A stretch of DNA of 64,000 bases from Lama guanicoe (GCA_013239625.1 MU054391.1:7223095-7287094); one strand, 5' to 3'; shown: positions 13,020 to 27,159, counted from the first letter of the stretch. The notes: generated from the letters alone by a model not told the origin. Made by a program: numbers and translations.

Positions 13020-13293
13020 CACCAGATTTGGAATCAGACAGAACTGGGCTTGAGCCTGAGTTTTGCCATGTACTTGCTAGATGACCTCTGATAAATGATT
13101 TACCTGTTTGGAGCTCAGTTCTCATCTGTGAAGTGATGACAAAGATGCTTACCTTGACACTATTGTATTTAATGACAATTAGCACCTCTAATTAGCTTAT
13201 AATAGTGCCCAGCATGTAATAGATGCTGCTGCTGATGGTGGTGCTGCTGACGGTGGTGATGGTGGTGGTGGTGGTCATCATGGTGGTGGTGGC
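13020..13293 (+). mobile_element. MIR SINE followed by a (TGG/TGC/TGA)n trinucleotide repeat
   Basis: tttggaatcagacagaactgggcttgagcctg...ctcagttctcatctgtgaagtg; degenerate triplet repeat at 13222-13293. Confidence 0.75.
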
Positions 13294-15229
13294 TGAGTAT
13301 CAATGGGGCTTTTTCTTTCCATTCAGTATTCTGAGGTACACGATTCTTCTTTGTGGTTAGAAATAGCACCCAAATCCAATAGAATTGTGGGCTTCCCTGG
13401 CTGAAGGCAATCATAAAAACCTTTTCCTCCAACCTTCACTCCTACATGTGATGCCTAAATACGTTTAAATTGTATTTCATCCTTCGTTTCAGTATCTCCT
13501 AATGGTGCGTTCAGTAACTCACCACCCTGATGTTGATCAAGTGGTTTCCTTCTGAGCAGTAGTTTCCTAACCTGGAAAAGAGGGCTGACGATGCCCAGGC
13601 ATCAAGATTGTTATGGGGTAAGGGTCATGCACGTCCAAGGTTAAGGCAGGAGTGCTGTAACTGTTTTCCTCTCTCCCTTTTGTTTCCCTTCCCTGGAAGC
13701 TGCTTGATTCTTCTTTAGATGGCTCTGTGTTTTTTAAATCAAGTTCTGACTCCCTGGGCTTTTACCTGTCAGTCTGTTTCCCTCTTTGTGGCCACACAGG
13801 ATGAACTGAGTTAGTCTTTCCTAAGCCAGCCCTGCAGACATCACTCTTGTCCCCCGCGTCTTCTCATCTCTAATCCCTGGTTCCATCGGTCAGATTCCTT
13901 ATCGTCATGTGGTTTCCAGTCCCCTTGCCCTGTTTGTTCTTCTCTGAGTTGTGCCTACTCCTACTCAAATTGTGATAGTTATAAAATTCAGGGATGAGAG
14001 GGAATTTAGAAAGTATCTCACTTGTAGTTTTGTACCTGGAGGAACTGAGGCCCAACGTGAGGAGTATTAATACAGCAGGTTCTGCATGTCACGTCAGCAG
14101 CATGTCCTAGGAGGTGTATTCTGATCTGCCTACAGCTGTGATGCCATCGTGGTACCAACTTTTATATTTTCATGAGTGTTTCCCTACTCTTTCCAGAAAG
14201 GGATCTGGATACAGCAAAAGAGTTCTCTTGGTGGTAAGAGCATCTGGATTCTTTCAGCACATTCTTGTCTGCTAATGTTTTACATGCAAGAGCAGTTGGT
14301 GTTCCTTAGCACAACCACTTGAAATTTGGATGAGCATCTACTCTTTGAAGCTGGTGCAGACGTTCTGTGGAAGCGTGGAGCTGGTTATTTTTATTCCACA
14401 CGGCAACAGCAGTGGTAAAGGAGGCAGGTTTCCCTTATGAAATGGGGCTAAAGTATATCCTCCAGTAAACATTGAATGGAGCAACTGCAAGTGCATGATC
14501 TCATCTCTCTAGGCTTTGCTTTCCTTTCTTAAAATGGGGGTTATGACCTCTTCATTTCCTAATGCTAAGGGTTTTGGGAAGATTACGTGAAAATAATGTA
14601 TCAAAGGACTTTTTTGAACTATAAAGCATGGTGCGTAAGCACATTTTCTTGCAATCTAGACGAAACACATTTCCTGCTGCTTCCTGAATTCACAGCCATC
14701 TTGGTCACCTGAGGCAGGTTGACAAGTTTGGAGTATACCTAAGTTCACTGTTCTGTTTTTTTTTTTTCTTTTTTCAAGGTCAAGCTCAAGAGTCCAGTTT
14801 TCCTGAATGTCTTCTTGGATGACATCAGCCATGATGAGTTTTCTGTCCTCTGAGCCTAGTCCTAGCTGTTGTATTTTTTATTTCGGGCACAGTTACGTTA
14901 TTCTACTTCATGTTGGTCTTCTCTCTAACCAGTTTCCAGCAAGTTCTGCCAATTTTAGTTCTTACAAGGCTCTCCAATCAGATTTCTCTTTTACATCTCA
15001 TAAATGCATAAAAATTGAGACTCTAAAGCAAGAGATGAAAGTTGAGAATGTGTTACGAGTTACCTTCAATTTATAATACTTTGATTATGGTGAGGTTAAC
15101 TGTTTCTCTTAAGTTTGGGGTCATACACATTTCTTTTTCTTCCTTCCTTCCTTTACTTCTTTCCTTTAAAAAAGACCCCTCCCATTTGTATTTTTTACTA
15201 TTGCCTTCAGTGTTTATTTTTCCAATTGA

Positions 15230-15770
15230 TTTTTGTAGTTAAATTTGGCAGATTTTGCTTTATGGCTTTTATCTTTGGTGAAATACTTCAAAATTTTTAT
15301 ATATAAAGATTATGTAAATGTTGATCAATTTCATCTAAGTATTTTTATTAACTTTAAAAATGAAACCTTTAATTCATCTAGAACTTAGGTTATGAAATAG
15401 AAGTCAGGGCTCTAGCATGGTATTTTTTCCCTAAGTGCTTAGTTAGGAGTTTCACCGCCATTTCCAAGCAGAATCCTTTTTCCTACCAGTTGAAACACCA
15501 CCTGAAGAAAAAACAAAATTATACCGTTCCATTGATTTGCCTGCCTCTGTTGGCGAGAGGCTACGATTGTGTTTTTATCATTTTAGTTTTAACTTTCATT
15601 TTACTATCTATTATTGCATGGATTCCCTCCTTTTATTTCCACTGTTCCCCATTTCCTCCCTCATAATGTCCCATTTAGTTTTATAGATTTATTCCTATAG
15701 ATAAACTTTAGGGCATTGAGTCTCCCGTTATATTCCATGATATTTTGATTGAAATGGCATTATCATTATT
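15230..15770 (-). mobile_element. Ancient L1 ORF2 fragment
   Basis: ctttaattcatctagaactt, ccattgatttgcctg and attttgattgaaatggcatt are typical of antisense L1M ORF2. Confidence 0.55.
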
Positions 15771-15784
15771 GAATGAAGCAGCCT

Positions 15785-16310
15785 CCAGAAGATAAAATGA
15801 GAGGACAAATAATAGCAGAGGAGAAATTCAGAGTCGTACAAAAATCACGATAGAGCATCAAATCATGAGTGAAACTTGGATGAGGACAAAAAAAATGACA
15901 GAGCTAAAAGATCAGAGAAAAGATGATGTAAACATGGACTAGAAAGAAGAATAACTACCAGGCCAAAAGAACAAATCAGAAACAATATGCAGGATAACAC
16001 AGAACAAAATATGTCTGAAACTAAAGTAAGTTCTGAACCTGTCAGGTGGATCTTATCCAGAAGATTCAATTAAATCTGATGAGCATTTTGACATATCCTG
16101 GTGAAAATATTGAATTCCACTGGCAACAAAAGAATCCTAAAAAACTTCAGATAGAAAAAAAAAAACAAGTACAGTGGGAAAACAAACAAGAAGTCCTCAG
16201 ACTTCTGTCCACAGCACTGGAGAAAGGCAGTCGAAGGAACAGCATCTGTAAAGTTTGGGAGGATCGTGATTCAAAAATTCTACACCCAGCCAAACTGTTG
16301 TTTGTAATTT
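15785..16310 (+). mobile_element. L1 ORF1 / HAL1-like remnant
   Basis: A-rich; translation contains SKILHPAKLLF, resembling the L1 ORF1p C-terminal motif RILYPAKLSF. Confidence 0.65.
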
Positions 16311-18964
16311 CAATAATTAACATGCATTTTCCTATTACAAAAGAAAAATATATTTATGGCAGAAAATGAAAACATGCTGTTAAAATTCAAAACATGTTAA
16401 AAACTCAAAACCACATGGAATCCATATTGTTAAAAAATTGTAACTTCTCCACTGCTTCCATTTTCCTGCAGCTGCGTACAGAGGGGTTTAGGGATTTGGG
16501 GCTGTGGCTTGTTTATGCTCCTTAGGCTCCCGAGTCCTCACAGTGATGACTAGAATTTGGCTCTGTGTTTGTATTACCTACCAGGCAGAAACATTTGATT
16601 TTGGTTTTGGTTAAAGTGGAACGGAGAAACAAGTTAGGAATGAACACACAGCCTGGAAACGAATGGACTGATGTGCCTGCAGATTTGAGATTCAAATCTA
16701 CTCCCAAGCTTCGATTGAAGAACAAGCTAAGTCATTGGAGTAAATTCTAGGTCATCTGAAGTTTAGTCAGCCAGAATTGTGAAGGGGTTCATTTGAAATA
16801 AAGGCAATGGCCAAGGGCGGAATTGGGCAGACACTTCCGTGTACGCAGTTCTTTATTTAATCTGTGTGACTTTGGCTTATTAGATCACGGAGCTTTTTTT
16901 TTTTTTTAGCGCAAATGATGAGAATTATGTCCATCTCATGTAGTAGTTGTGAGGGTTAAATGAAATGATGTGTATAAAATGCCTAGCACAGCAAGGCACT
17001 GAGTATTAACTCATTAATCAGTGATGACTGTTTGTTCAAATAATAATTTATTAAACATAGTAATGTTAGCTTCAATTTAACAGTTCAGTGCTGAATAAAA
17101 TCATTGGGTCCTTGAAACCAGGAGTTCAAGAAATTAAGCATCCCTCAACATCTGGGCCAAGTAATTAATTCTCATATTCATAAGCTTTGTGGTACATTAT
17201 CAAGTCATGTAGGCCTCTTGTGAATTATAACTTGTTAATTAATTCACCTCACGGGTGCTGATTAATACTAATTTATAGCTTCATTTGCATATACTTGAAA
17301 GAGGTAGAATGCATGTCCTTTGCATGAATATACTTATGTACTCCTCAGATTTTGCTCTAAGACAGCCCTGTCCCTCCTCTGAGTCTGTCTTCCTCCTCAT
17401 GCATGAGATTTTCCTGTAGTTTTTAATAATCCTGGCCAAACAGGCAAGTCATATAATAATCTGTCCCATTTGCAGATCTTCAGAGATGTCTCTCCTTCGT
17501 CCCTCATTCCCTCCATTGGCTCCATTTTCTGCCACTGGTTGTCCTCGTGGGATGGGAGCCAAGTGCCATTCATGTGGCTTAGTGGGAAGATCTTTAGGCG
17601 TAGTGTCAGAAAACTTGGTGTTAAGGCCTGACATTGTTATCTATTTACCATTTATGTCATAAGGGATACTGTTTATGCTCTCTGACCCTCAGTTTCCTCT
17701 TTGAGGAAGATAGATTACAGAATATTGACTTTACCAGGCTGTTGTAAGAATTGGAAAGACAACATGTTAAAGTGAGGTACTCTGGCTGTTTCAAGGGGGT
17801 GGAAGTTGCAGTGTCAGAAACAGTAAAGCCATTTCTTTGCAAGCAGAAGTCCTCCCTGACTTGTTCCAATAAAGCTGAGAGAAGTAGAAAGAGTGCCAGG
17901 CAGGGAGGTGGGCGTTTTGGCTCTGTCACCGCCTCCCTGAATGAGACAGACACTGGCAAGACATGGGAGGGCTTGGACATGATTGGCCTTGTTTTGTCCC
18001 AAGAAATGGTGAGTGGGTTGGTGACAAGCCCCCAGGGGGAGTATCAGGAGTATGAGTCTGGATCCCGGCACTGCTGCTATTTGCTGTGTGAGTTTGGGAG
18101 ATCTGCATAACCTTTCTGAGCCTCATTTTCCTAGCTATTGAATTAAAAGTGATGATAACCGCCGTACCCCTCTTACAAAATAGCTGCAGGGATTACATAT
18201 GAAAATGAGTGTGAAAGTGATTTATCAAGTGGAAAGCACTTTGCAGATGGTAGTTATTATTGTAGATGATCTCAGTTATCCCTTTCAGTCCTAAAGATTT
18301 GTGATTGTTAATGCAGCGGTAAGAGCAAGAGGCTTATTTTTTTTCACGCAACTGTCGATATGATTTTCTCCAAGTCTTCAGTTCCTGATGCACAGTCGTG
18401 GCACTGGCTCCTCCTTGGGAGGAAATGTCCCTCTTTAGGGGCTGTGCCTGCCACAGGGGTATTGCTGTGACTCAGGGGACTGAATTAAGCTGAGTTAATA
18501 TAAGATAGCAGAGATAATTGAACCTCTTGAGGTCTAAATCCAGTTTTCTTTAGTCAAATTGAGCTTTTTCAAATCCTCTCCCTTTATGTTTAAACCCCAG
18601 AACTCCAAGAGAGCTTCAATGGCTTCTTGGATATGAAATCACAGTGATGGGGAGGGAGTCGGAGGCCATTCTGATGAACAAAGTGTAAACGAATCTGAAA
18701 CATACGGTATTGATTTGCCCCATGATACGCACACGTATGTCTTGAGCAGTAAAAGGCCTGGAAATGTGGATTTGGTGTTTCCCTCCTAAACTGTAGACCA
18801 AGATGCAAGGTAGGGGGAGAACAGACTCATTCTTACTGTGGCTGAGTGTCTGTCTGGCTTGGAGGAGCCCAGCCAGACTGGAGCTGCCTTTGGGGGTCCT
18901 GATGAGCCCTTTCACATGCTCTCCTGTTCCTATGCCTTTGGACAGGCTATTCTTATCTGCGGGA

Positions 18965-19112
18965 TCAGGTCCCTAAGTTGTAGGTCCAGTGCCAAATGAA
19001 AATGCCGGTCTCCATGTTCGAAAATGAAGAATTTCAAAATGGTGGCAGCAGAATGTGAGAGCAAGCAGGGTCCCCGTGCGACTGTGTAGGTGATGTGCAT
19101 ATGAAGCTGACT
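18965..19112 (+). mobile_element. MER45A-like hAT-Tip100 MITE
   Basis: ccagtgccaaatgaaaatgc...aagaatttcaaaatggtggcagcaga...ccccgtgcgactgtgtagg...atgaagctg. Confidence 0.75.
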
Positions 19113-19279
19113 TACCTGCCTAGCACACAGTTCCTCTCCTCCTCTGGTCATCTTCCCAGCTCTGATCTGCTGCTTCCTTCTCAGAGCCTTCCTTGACTCT
19201 CCAGGGGGGTGAGATGCCCTCTACTGTGCTGCCCTCTTTTTCTCACCCCTCTCAGCACACCCTTTAACTATCATGGACT

Positions 19280-21360
19280 GTTTAGGTATTCATTCATTCA
19301 CTCAACACACATCGGCGGAACTGCCCACTGTGCCCTGGGCACTGTGCCAAGTGCTGGAAAGCACATTCTGGGAGCCTGGAGGAGGGGAACCTAACTCAGT
19401 GTGGGAGAGTCTAGAAAAATTTTCCTTTGGAGGTGATGCTTGAATTGAGTCTTGAAGATTAAGTAACTGCAGGAAGGGGATTGGAAGGATACGAACGAGC
19501 AAGAGCAAGAGCCACGGAACCAGGGATAGCTTGGTGGCTGCCTTCTTGCTGGTGCATGACGCTTGAGACAGTGTGTGAAGTTAAATGGGACGGGAGAGGT
19601 AGATAGGCATGAGGTTACTGAGGGTCTTGTAAGCCATGCAACTTGCTCTGTCTCATCCAGGAAGCCACTGAAAGGTTGTCAGCACAGAGTAAATAATCAG
19701 ATTTGCATTTTAGATGAATTACTCTGGTTGTGGTGAGGATAGCAGATCAATACACTTGGAAGCAGGTAGATAAATTAAGAGGTAATTCCAGGCAAGAAAT
19801 AATGGTGATCTCAAATGAAATCGCAACCATAGGGAATGAAGAAGAAATGTATGGATTCAGGAGATAGTTAGGGTGTGAGACTGGCAAGATTGATGGGATA
19901 CAGGTGACTGAAGGAAGGGCAAGAAATCAAAGATGAATCCTGGGTTTATAATTGGTGACTTGTTCTATGGTTGTAATTCAAACTGAGATACATTAGTAAA
20001 TGGCTTTTATTTTTTTTGGAGGGGCAGGGGATGGGCATGGCAGTGGAAATGAGTTTTCTTCTGAACAGCTTGAGTTTGAGGCTCCTGATGGGGGTCTATG
20101 TGCAGATGTGCTGCTAGCAGCAGACACAATGGTTTGGAGCCATGGGGAGAGATCTGGTCTGCAGTTACAGATTTCAGAATGTGAGTATTTGGGTAGCCGT
20201 CAAACCCCTCCCCTCCTCTCCCCTCTGCTTTCAATAAACTCATTGAGACTCCATAATAAGATATGACTGGATGGTTTCCATTGCATTTGACAGTAAGTTA
20301 TTCTCACTAGTAAGTGATAAAATCCACACCAATAGGGATGGAACAGGAAGCAGTAGGTTGAAGAGTAAATGGAAGGTGAGGATGTATAAAATAGATTAGA
20401 CAATTTTAGAAGTTTGTATAAGAAAGAAAGGAGAGTTGTGGGTGGTGGGCTAAAGAGGGACTTGAATTAAGGGAGATTATCTTGAAGATGCATATTAATC
20501 TCCTACAGCTGCTGTAACAAGTCACCTCAAGCTTTGTTGCTTAAAACAGCACAGATTTAATATCTTACAGTCACAGAGGTGAGAAGTCCTAGAATGAAGG
20601 CATCTGCAGGGTTGCATTTCCTTCTGGAATCTCTCTGGAAAGAATCTTTCCTTGCCTTTTGCAGCTTCTGAGTGCTGTCTGCATTTCTTAGCTCAAGGTC
20701 CCCTCTTTGCATCACTCTGACCTCTGCTGCTGTGGTCACATCTTCTCTGCCTCTGACCCTCCTGCCTGCCTCTTGTTAGGACCCCTATGATGACATTGTG
20801 TGGACAACCCAGGAAAATCTCTACATTTCCAGGTCCTTAGTGTAATCAATGTGCAAAGTTCCTTTGGCTATAAAAGGTAATGTATTCATAGATTCTGGGA
20901 ATTAGACAGATTTGGGTGGGAGCATTGTTCTGTCAGTTACAGGGTGGGAGAGAATTGCATATTTAAAGTTCAAGAGAAAGGAGGCAGGAAAGAGAGGGGA
21001 ATAGGGGAGAGATAGAGAGATGATATTAAGATGGAGTAGAGGAAATGATAATAGTGGACATCAAGTGCAGATGGAGACAAGTTTGGAAAACTGGGAAAAA
21101 ATGTGATGGGAGTAGGGGTGTTTGGATTTATAGTTAGCGGGGCATGAGGTTGTAGGGCCATGCGAGGGGCTTAGAGGGCTTGAAGGCAGTGGTAAATGAG
21201 TAGAATAATTGTTGAAGGGACTTGGGGTGGAAGTGAGTCAGGATAAGTAAAGGAGTTGAAAGGAGTATCCATCTGATATTGGAGAGATGACTTTGTAGTT
21301 GCTCCAAATGCAGGGTATGCACTTTTCCTCTAGAACACTGAGCCACTTGGTTGTAGACAT
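19280..21360 (-). mobile_element. L2 LINE, long fragment interrupted by an MLT1 LTR
   Basis: Begins attcattcattcactcaacacac (L2 tail); purine-rich body with aagccactgaaagg, tcagatttgcattttag and ttgagtttgagg. Confidence 0.75.
20489..20941 (-). mobile_element. MLT1C/D-like solo LTR
   Basis: gctgctgtaacaagtcacctcaagc...gcttaaaacagcacagattta...gcaaagttcctttg...gattctgggaattag. Confidence 0.8.
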
Positions 21361-21418
21361 GCCGGAGTGGGTAGAGCTTACTGGGCAGAAGCTGTCACTG
21401 TAGTCCTGATGAGTCACC

Positions 21419-21899
21419 TGTGATGGTTTATTTTCTGTGTCAACTTGGCTGGGCTGCCCTGGGATGCCCAGACATTTGGTTGAACATTATTTGGGGTGTG
21501 TCCATGAAGATGTTTCTGGATGAGGTTAACATTTGAATTGGTGGACTGAGAAAAGTGGAGTGTCTTCCCTGGTGTCAGTGGGCCTCATCCAATCAGTTGA
21601 GGACCATTCTAGAACAAAAAGACTGATTAAGGGGGAACTACGCCTGCTTGGCTGCTAGAGCTGAGACATGAGTCTTCTGCCTTAGACTAGAACCTCACCA
21701 CTGGTTCTCCTGGTCCAGCTGGTCCACTGCTGACCTTGGGACTTGGCTTCCATAGTCCTGTGAGCTAATCCTTTATAATAAATCTCTCCCTATCTCTGTC
21801 TCAGTCTCTTTGTCTCTGTCTCAGTCTAGCTCTGTCTCTGTCTATCTATAGCATCTATATCTTTATTCTGTTGGTTCTCTGAAGACCACAGACTTCACA
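21419..21899 (+). mobile_element. MLT2B-like ERV-L solo LTR
   Basis: tgtgatggtttattttctgtgtcaacttggctgggc...ggcctcatccaatcagttga...aataaatctctc with a (TC)-rich tract. Confidence 0.85.
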
Positions 21900-24800
21900 C
21901 TGGGATAGAAGGGTGGAGAGACCAGGAAGGTTGGGAAAATGGAGGCATCCAGGACCTGGAGGTCTCTTCAGGGTCAAAATAGATGTAAGGAGAACGAAGG
22001 CAAAAAAGATATGGAAGAATTGGAGCTGGTGGTCAGAAGGCCGGATAATGACGTTTAGTATTTGTGACATGCAGGACCCCACCTCCAGAAAGGCTAAGTA
22101 CTTAGGGCTAGGTGCAGCCGAGCCTGTTTCACAGTGCACCCAGGATCGAGAGCCTGCTTATCAGGAGTTACTGGTGACCAGTATGACCTGGTATGGGAGT
22201 ACCAACCCCCTCTGTCCATCATCTGTGAATGCCCACCTACTACCGTGGCTTGGCAGGCATCCTGCTGTATAGGAATCCATCTCTGTCCTGTCTTTGTGGG
22301 CACTGGCTCCATTTTCCTGTAGTGCAGTCACTTTTCCCATATTTCCGAGGAGCGGGGGCTTCCTTCAACACTGCCAGAAATGCTGGCTGCCTGCTTTTCT
22401 TGTGAATGCGGGCATGACTTCCCTTCCTGTTCTTAGCTCCCCACTCTCTTTCAGTGTGGAGTTCCACTGCTCTGTGGAGAGAGGACGAGTGTTGTGAATG
22501 CCTTTTGGTAGCAAGACTTGCTTCCTTATTGGTATCTGAGCTGAAAACAGGGTTTCCTGTCAGGTAGAAAGGTAGACACCATGATGTTTTCTGCATCACA
22601 CTATGAAAAATAAAAATAAATCCTGCAATGATTGGAGGTTAGGAGGGGCAGTGTTCTTTAACCATTTCATGCCAAATATCACGTGGATCGCACCCACATA
22701 TGCCACTTTAAAAGTGCCTTGTAGAGTGATGAATGTCCAATGCGTCCTCAATAAATAGCTCCATTCCTCCAATCATAAGGATGAGAGTTCTAAAGGACCT
22801 ATTGGACTCGACTTTGAAGAACATTAAAAATGATGAAATGCTTACCAGGTGCCAAGGACTAAGGCAGACCCTGCTTGTACATGACATCACTTCATTCTTT
22901 CAGCAACTCTGTGATGTAATTATCAACCTTATCTTAGAAATGATGAAACAGAAGCCAAGGAAATGATTTGAGCTCTTCAAATTTTGGATGATACTCTCAT
23001 ACCTCTTATTGCATGAAAACTGTACTATTAGAGGTAATAGTCACTGAATGGGTTTTCATTAGAACTTAATTCTCTCTTTGTTAATTTGGACTTAGTTTTT
23101 CTGTGTATGATGGTTTAGTTCGTCCTTTAATTTCAACATAAGACACCATCCTGTTTCCTTTCTCTCTCTCTCTCACATCTCTGTTCTTAACTGTTTATAC
23201 TCTAGCTATCATAAATTCTAAGTTCAAATAATGTTCTTGGCTAAGGTTTTTTTTTTTATTTTACATTTTACTTTACTTAGAAGGACTTGAGAAGAAAGAG
23301 AGGGTATTTTTAAAGTGTAGAGTGGCCAGAACTGGAGGCTGAATCTCATAAAATCCCTAACACTCTGGAAGAGAAAGTCTTCTCTATTCTGGACTTCACT
23401 CTCTTGGGTAAAACCACATTCAAAATGTAGAGCTTTCGTGCCTCTTCAGCCATCTCCTGTTCAGAGATGTTACTTTAGCCTTTGTAAAGCATGGTAAATA
23501 TTCCAGATCCTTGAGAAGAGACTAGTTTTCTAGCTGAGGGAAATTTATTCTGTATTAGGAAGGGTTAAGCTTTTTGCTTGGCATCTATCTGAATAAACAG
23601 TGTGATTCTGTGGCATCTGAATTTTGCATTCGGATCATTTTTCAGAAAGCAAGATGACCTGATTTTTGTTTTCCCCTGTAAGCAGGTTGTGATGAATCCA
23701 CAAAATACTTGAGCCTCTCCTTCGTGTCTGGTGGATAGCTTGCATGATGATGTTATTTCCAAGAGGGTGGTAGTTTATGGGGAAATGCAGAAAGTTCAGG
23801 CAGGGAATAGACAGAATCAGAGAAAGCTTTAGGGGAAAAATTTCAGTGAGACTTGGAAGTGGCCGACTGGGGATGAGCCCAGAACCTCTGAGTCCATGTT
23901 TCTCTCCCACTCTACTCCACAGTGAAGGAGGCAGAGGAGAAGTGATCAGAAGTTTAGGGGGAAAAATCACCCATAAACGATGCCTCCAGTGTCCTGAGAC
24001 TGGGGAGTTTGTTGATGGTCTGAACATGCTGGCTGGAGGAAAGGCCATTGAGTCAGACCTGCAGGAGGAAATGGAAGTTGCAGAGATGGGAGGGGCAGGA
24101 TGGCAAGTGTTAGGGATGTGGGTAAGATTGAAACAGTGAAGGAGATGGGGAAGTGGCTGGGACTTGACCTTGGGGAGGCAGAAGGGGACAGACTTAGGAA
24201 TCCCAGGTATCACTTGGTACTGTGATGCAGGGTCTAATTAGAAAGGAGGATGAGCAAATTTAGAGATCAAGCCTCAAGCTGCTTCACTCTTTTAAAAGCC
24301 TCAGTTTTCAAATATGTAACTTCTATTCTCTTCCCACTTACGATCAGGCTGAGCACCTTCACAAGTAATGTCCTTCCTAAATTTTGGGTCCAGACTCCTG
24401 GCCCTGCTTTCCCTGGGTGGCCCCTGAGACCAGCCCCTCAGTCTCACTTTTCCTGGCTGCTAGGGCAGGGCCAGACGTGCCCTCCACGGAGCACCCTGTC
24501 AGGTGCTCCATCTTCATTCCCAGAAGGAGTGTATCCCAGTTCCAGTCCTTCCTGCTGAGGCCACCTGGGCTGGGCCCCTGGGATGCTCCTCTCTGTCTTG
24601 GGGGAGATGTTAGCCACTCTTAAGCTGCAGTCCTCTGGCTCCTCCTCTCTGAGCCCTCAAGGGAAGGCCTCCAACCCAAGTCTCTTGCTCTTGCTGTCTC
24701 GAAAAGACAGAGCCCTTACACATTTGCCCAGCTCAGGGTCTTGTCCCCCTACACTGGGAGCTGTAAAGATTGTGGGCTTTGGTGTCTGAAGGATTTGGGT

Positions 24801-26905
24801 TCAAATCTTTCCTTGTACAGATTTTAGGCTAGTCTCTCAACTGCTATGAAGTTCAATTTCCTTATTTGTAAAATAGGAATATTGATTTCAACTCCCGTTG
24901 AGAGAATTAAGTGGGAAAATGTGGGACAAGGCACATAACAGAGTACCTGGCACCGAGCAGGCTCTCAGTACGTTTTCCTCTCCCTCACCCTACCCCACTA
25001 ACCCCGGCTTTGTCTGATTCTCCCGTCAGGCCAGCTGTCTCTCCGGACATGGTCTTTAGTCCTGTTTCCAGTCTGTCTGCAGGACCTCTCTCCAAGTTCC
25101 TCCCAGTAGAGGTGGGATGGGACCACTGATGGACTGTTTTGCAGATGAGGAGCCTGGTGATGAGCTCCAGAGAGGTGACTCTGGTCTGGGCAGCGTGGAG
25201 ACCATGCTTTCTCCAAGTCTTCTTTCTGACTTCTAAGCCTGGCTGGGCCATGACCACATCTGGGAGCTGTGCAGTGACTGGAGGATGACTAGGACCAGAC
25301 TGAAAATTAGATCTCTTTGTCTTTGCCAAGTTAATGTCTAAGATGTGAGTCTTCTGAGTCTCGCTCACATCTCATGGGGCACCTGCCTTCCCTCCCTCTA
25401 TGTTTTCCTGTAGCCACACACATACACCTAACTCTTCACCAGAATCTTCTAGTCACTTGTATCTTAAAATACTAATTTTTGTTTCATAAAAATACTAATT
25501 TGCTTATTTGTCATTTTACATGAGTCTGTCTTTGTTTCCTCTTTATGTCTGAAAACTTGCTCATAAGCTCCTTGGACTCAGGGACCACATCTTCTGCTTT
25601 TCTTGAATTTCTTTGTTTGTGTTCAGCACATTGCTGAACTCCTGATAGGTCCTGGAAATATTTTGTGTCTGCTTTTCAGTCCACAAAACCAGTAGTAGCT
25701 CACATCTATAAATAAGTTAGATGGCTTAACAAACAAAGCTCTATGATTTCATTCTATCCTCTCACCTACCATGGGAGGTAGTTACTATGGTAATAGGAAA
25801 ACTGAAGTTTAGACACACTCAGTGACTTACCCAGGGTTACATAGCTAGTAATTTTGAAGCAGGGGAGGTGGGACTGCAGGATCAGGATTGAGCAGGGTTT
25901 ACGGTGCACAGCACTGTCGAGCACATGCTTGGGTCCTGCAAAATTTAATCTTGCTGCTTGGAAAACTCATGGCTTAAGTCTGTCCTAGTCAAGGGACATA
26001 ATCAGAATGATAAATCTGACCTGTATCCTTAAGATGGCTAAGTCCATCTTTTGTCTCAGACTGAAAGTCTCTTTAGGAAATCATTTCCTTATGTTAACTT
26101 TTTAAAAATGAAGTTTTTGGACTAAAACATATTTTCCATTTTTTTTATTGCGTGAGCACAGTATTTATCTCATCGAGAATTATGATAAACTGCCTGAATG
26201 TTTCATGTTTTTCACGATTCATATGGAACAAATTAAAAATAACTTTCCATAGTATGGATTGCCCCAGAGAACTGCTCAAAGACCCCTCCTCCGGCCCACT
26301 TCCTCCAGCTTCACGTCTGGCTCGAATTTCACCGCCTCCAGTCTAAGAGAGGCTCGGGTGAAGAGGATCCCCGGGAAGCGCAGGCCCCTCGTCCCTGGCA
26401 GAGTGCACGTCGGAAACCTTTGTCTGATGGGCCGCCACATCCTACAAGGGAGAAGGTGTCATTTTAGATGATTTTTTGTTTGTAGGCTTACACAGTTAGG
26501 AAGACTGGTTATTTTTATTACTTTATTCAGGTTTTAAATATACTTTGTCAGTCACTTCTGTAAGTATTTAAAAAAATAAAAATGTAAGCCACCAACAAAG
26601 GAGCTTCCAGCAGATGCCCTGGGCTAGAACAGGTTTGTAGACACTTTTGACTTCATTGAGTTGGCTAGTTTCTAGGTCACATTCAGTTCTGCCCCAGCCT
26701 GTCCTAGTTACAGGGTTAAGAAGTGGTTGAAGGTCGATTTAAATCCACGTCACGTGAATTAGGAAGGACTGTCTGACTTCCATTCTACCATGTTGCTTCA
26801 GAAAAACTGGCTCTGAGTGGCAGCCTTGTCATTCTGTAACGGCAGCCCAGGGAAATCAGTCTTCTCAGTTGAGTGGGGCAAGATGACCAACTTCAGTGAG
26901 TTATT

Positions 26906-27159
26906 TATTTATTTATTTACTGTTTATTGAAGTGTAGTCAGTTTACAGTGTTGTCTCAATTTCTAGTGTACAGCATAATGTTTCAATCATACATGTATGT
27001 ACAAATACTCCCTTTCATTATAGATTACTACAAGGTATTGAATATAGTTCCCTGTGCTCTACAGTAGAAACTTGTTGTTTATCTATTTTGTATATAGTAG
27101 TTAGTATCTGCAAATCTCGAACTCCCAATAATAGCCCTTCCCACCCTCTCCCCCCATAA
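26906..27159 (-). mobile_element. 5'-truncated artiodactyl-type L1 3' end
   Basis: tttattgaagtgtagtcagtttacag...atagttccctgtgct; TSD ttcagtgagttatt (26892-26905) / ttcagtgagatatt (27160-27173), one mismatch. Confidence 0.88.

Noticed and set aside
13169-13432. Poly-His/Gln ORF
   Set aside because: Antisense translation of a triplet microsatellite at a MIR tail
14750-14860. Strong-looking acceptor (T-run...caag)
   Set aside because: The downstream sequence resembles an L2 3' region, reaches a stop, and has no donor
23635-24213. 192-aa ORF
   Set aside because: Lies in purine/pyrimidine-skewed decayed L2-like sequence
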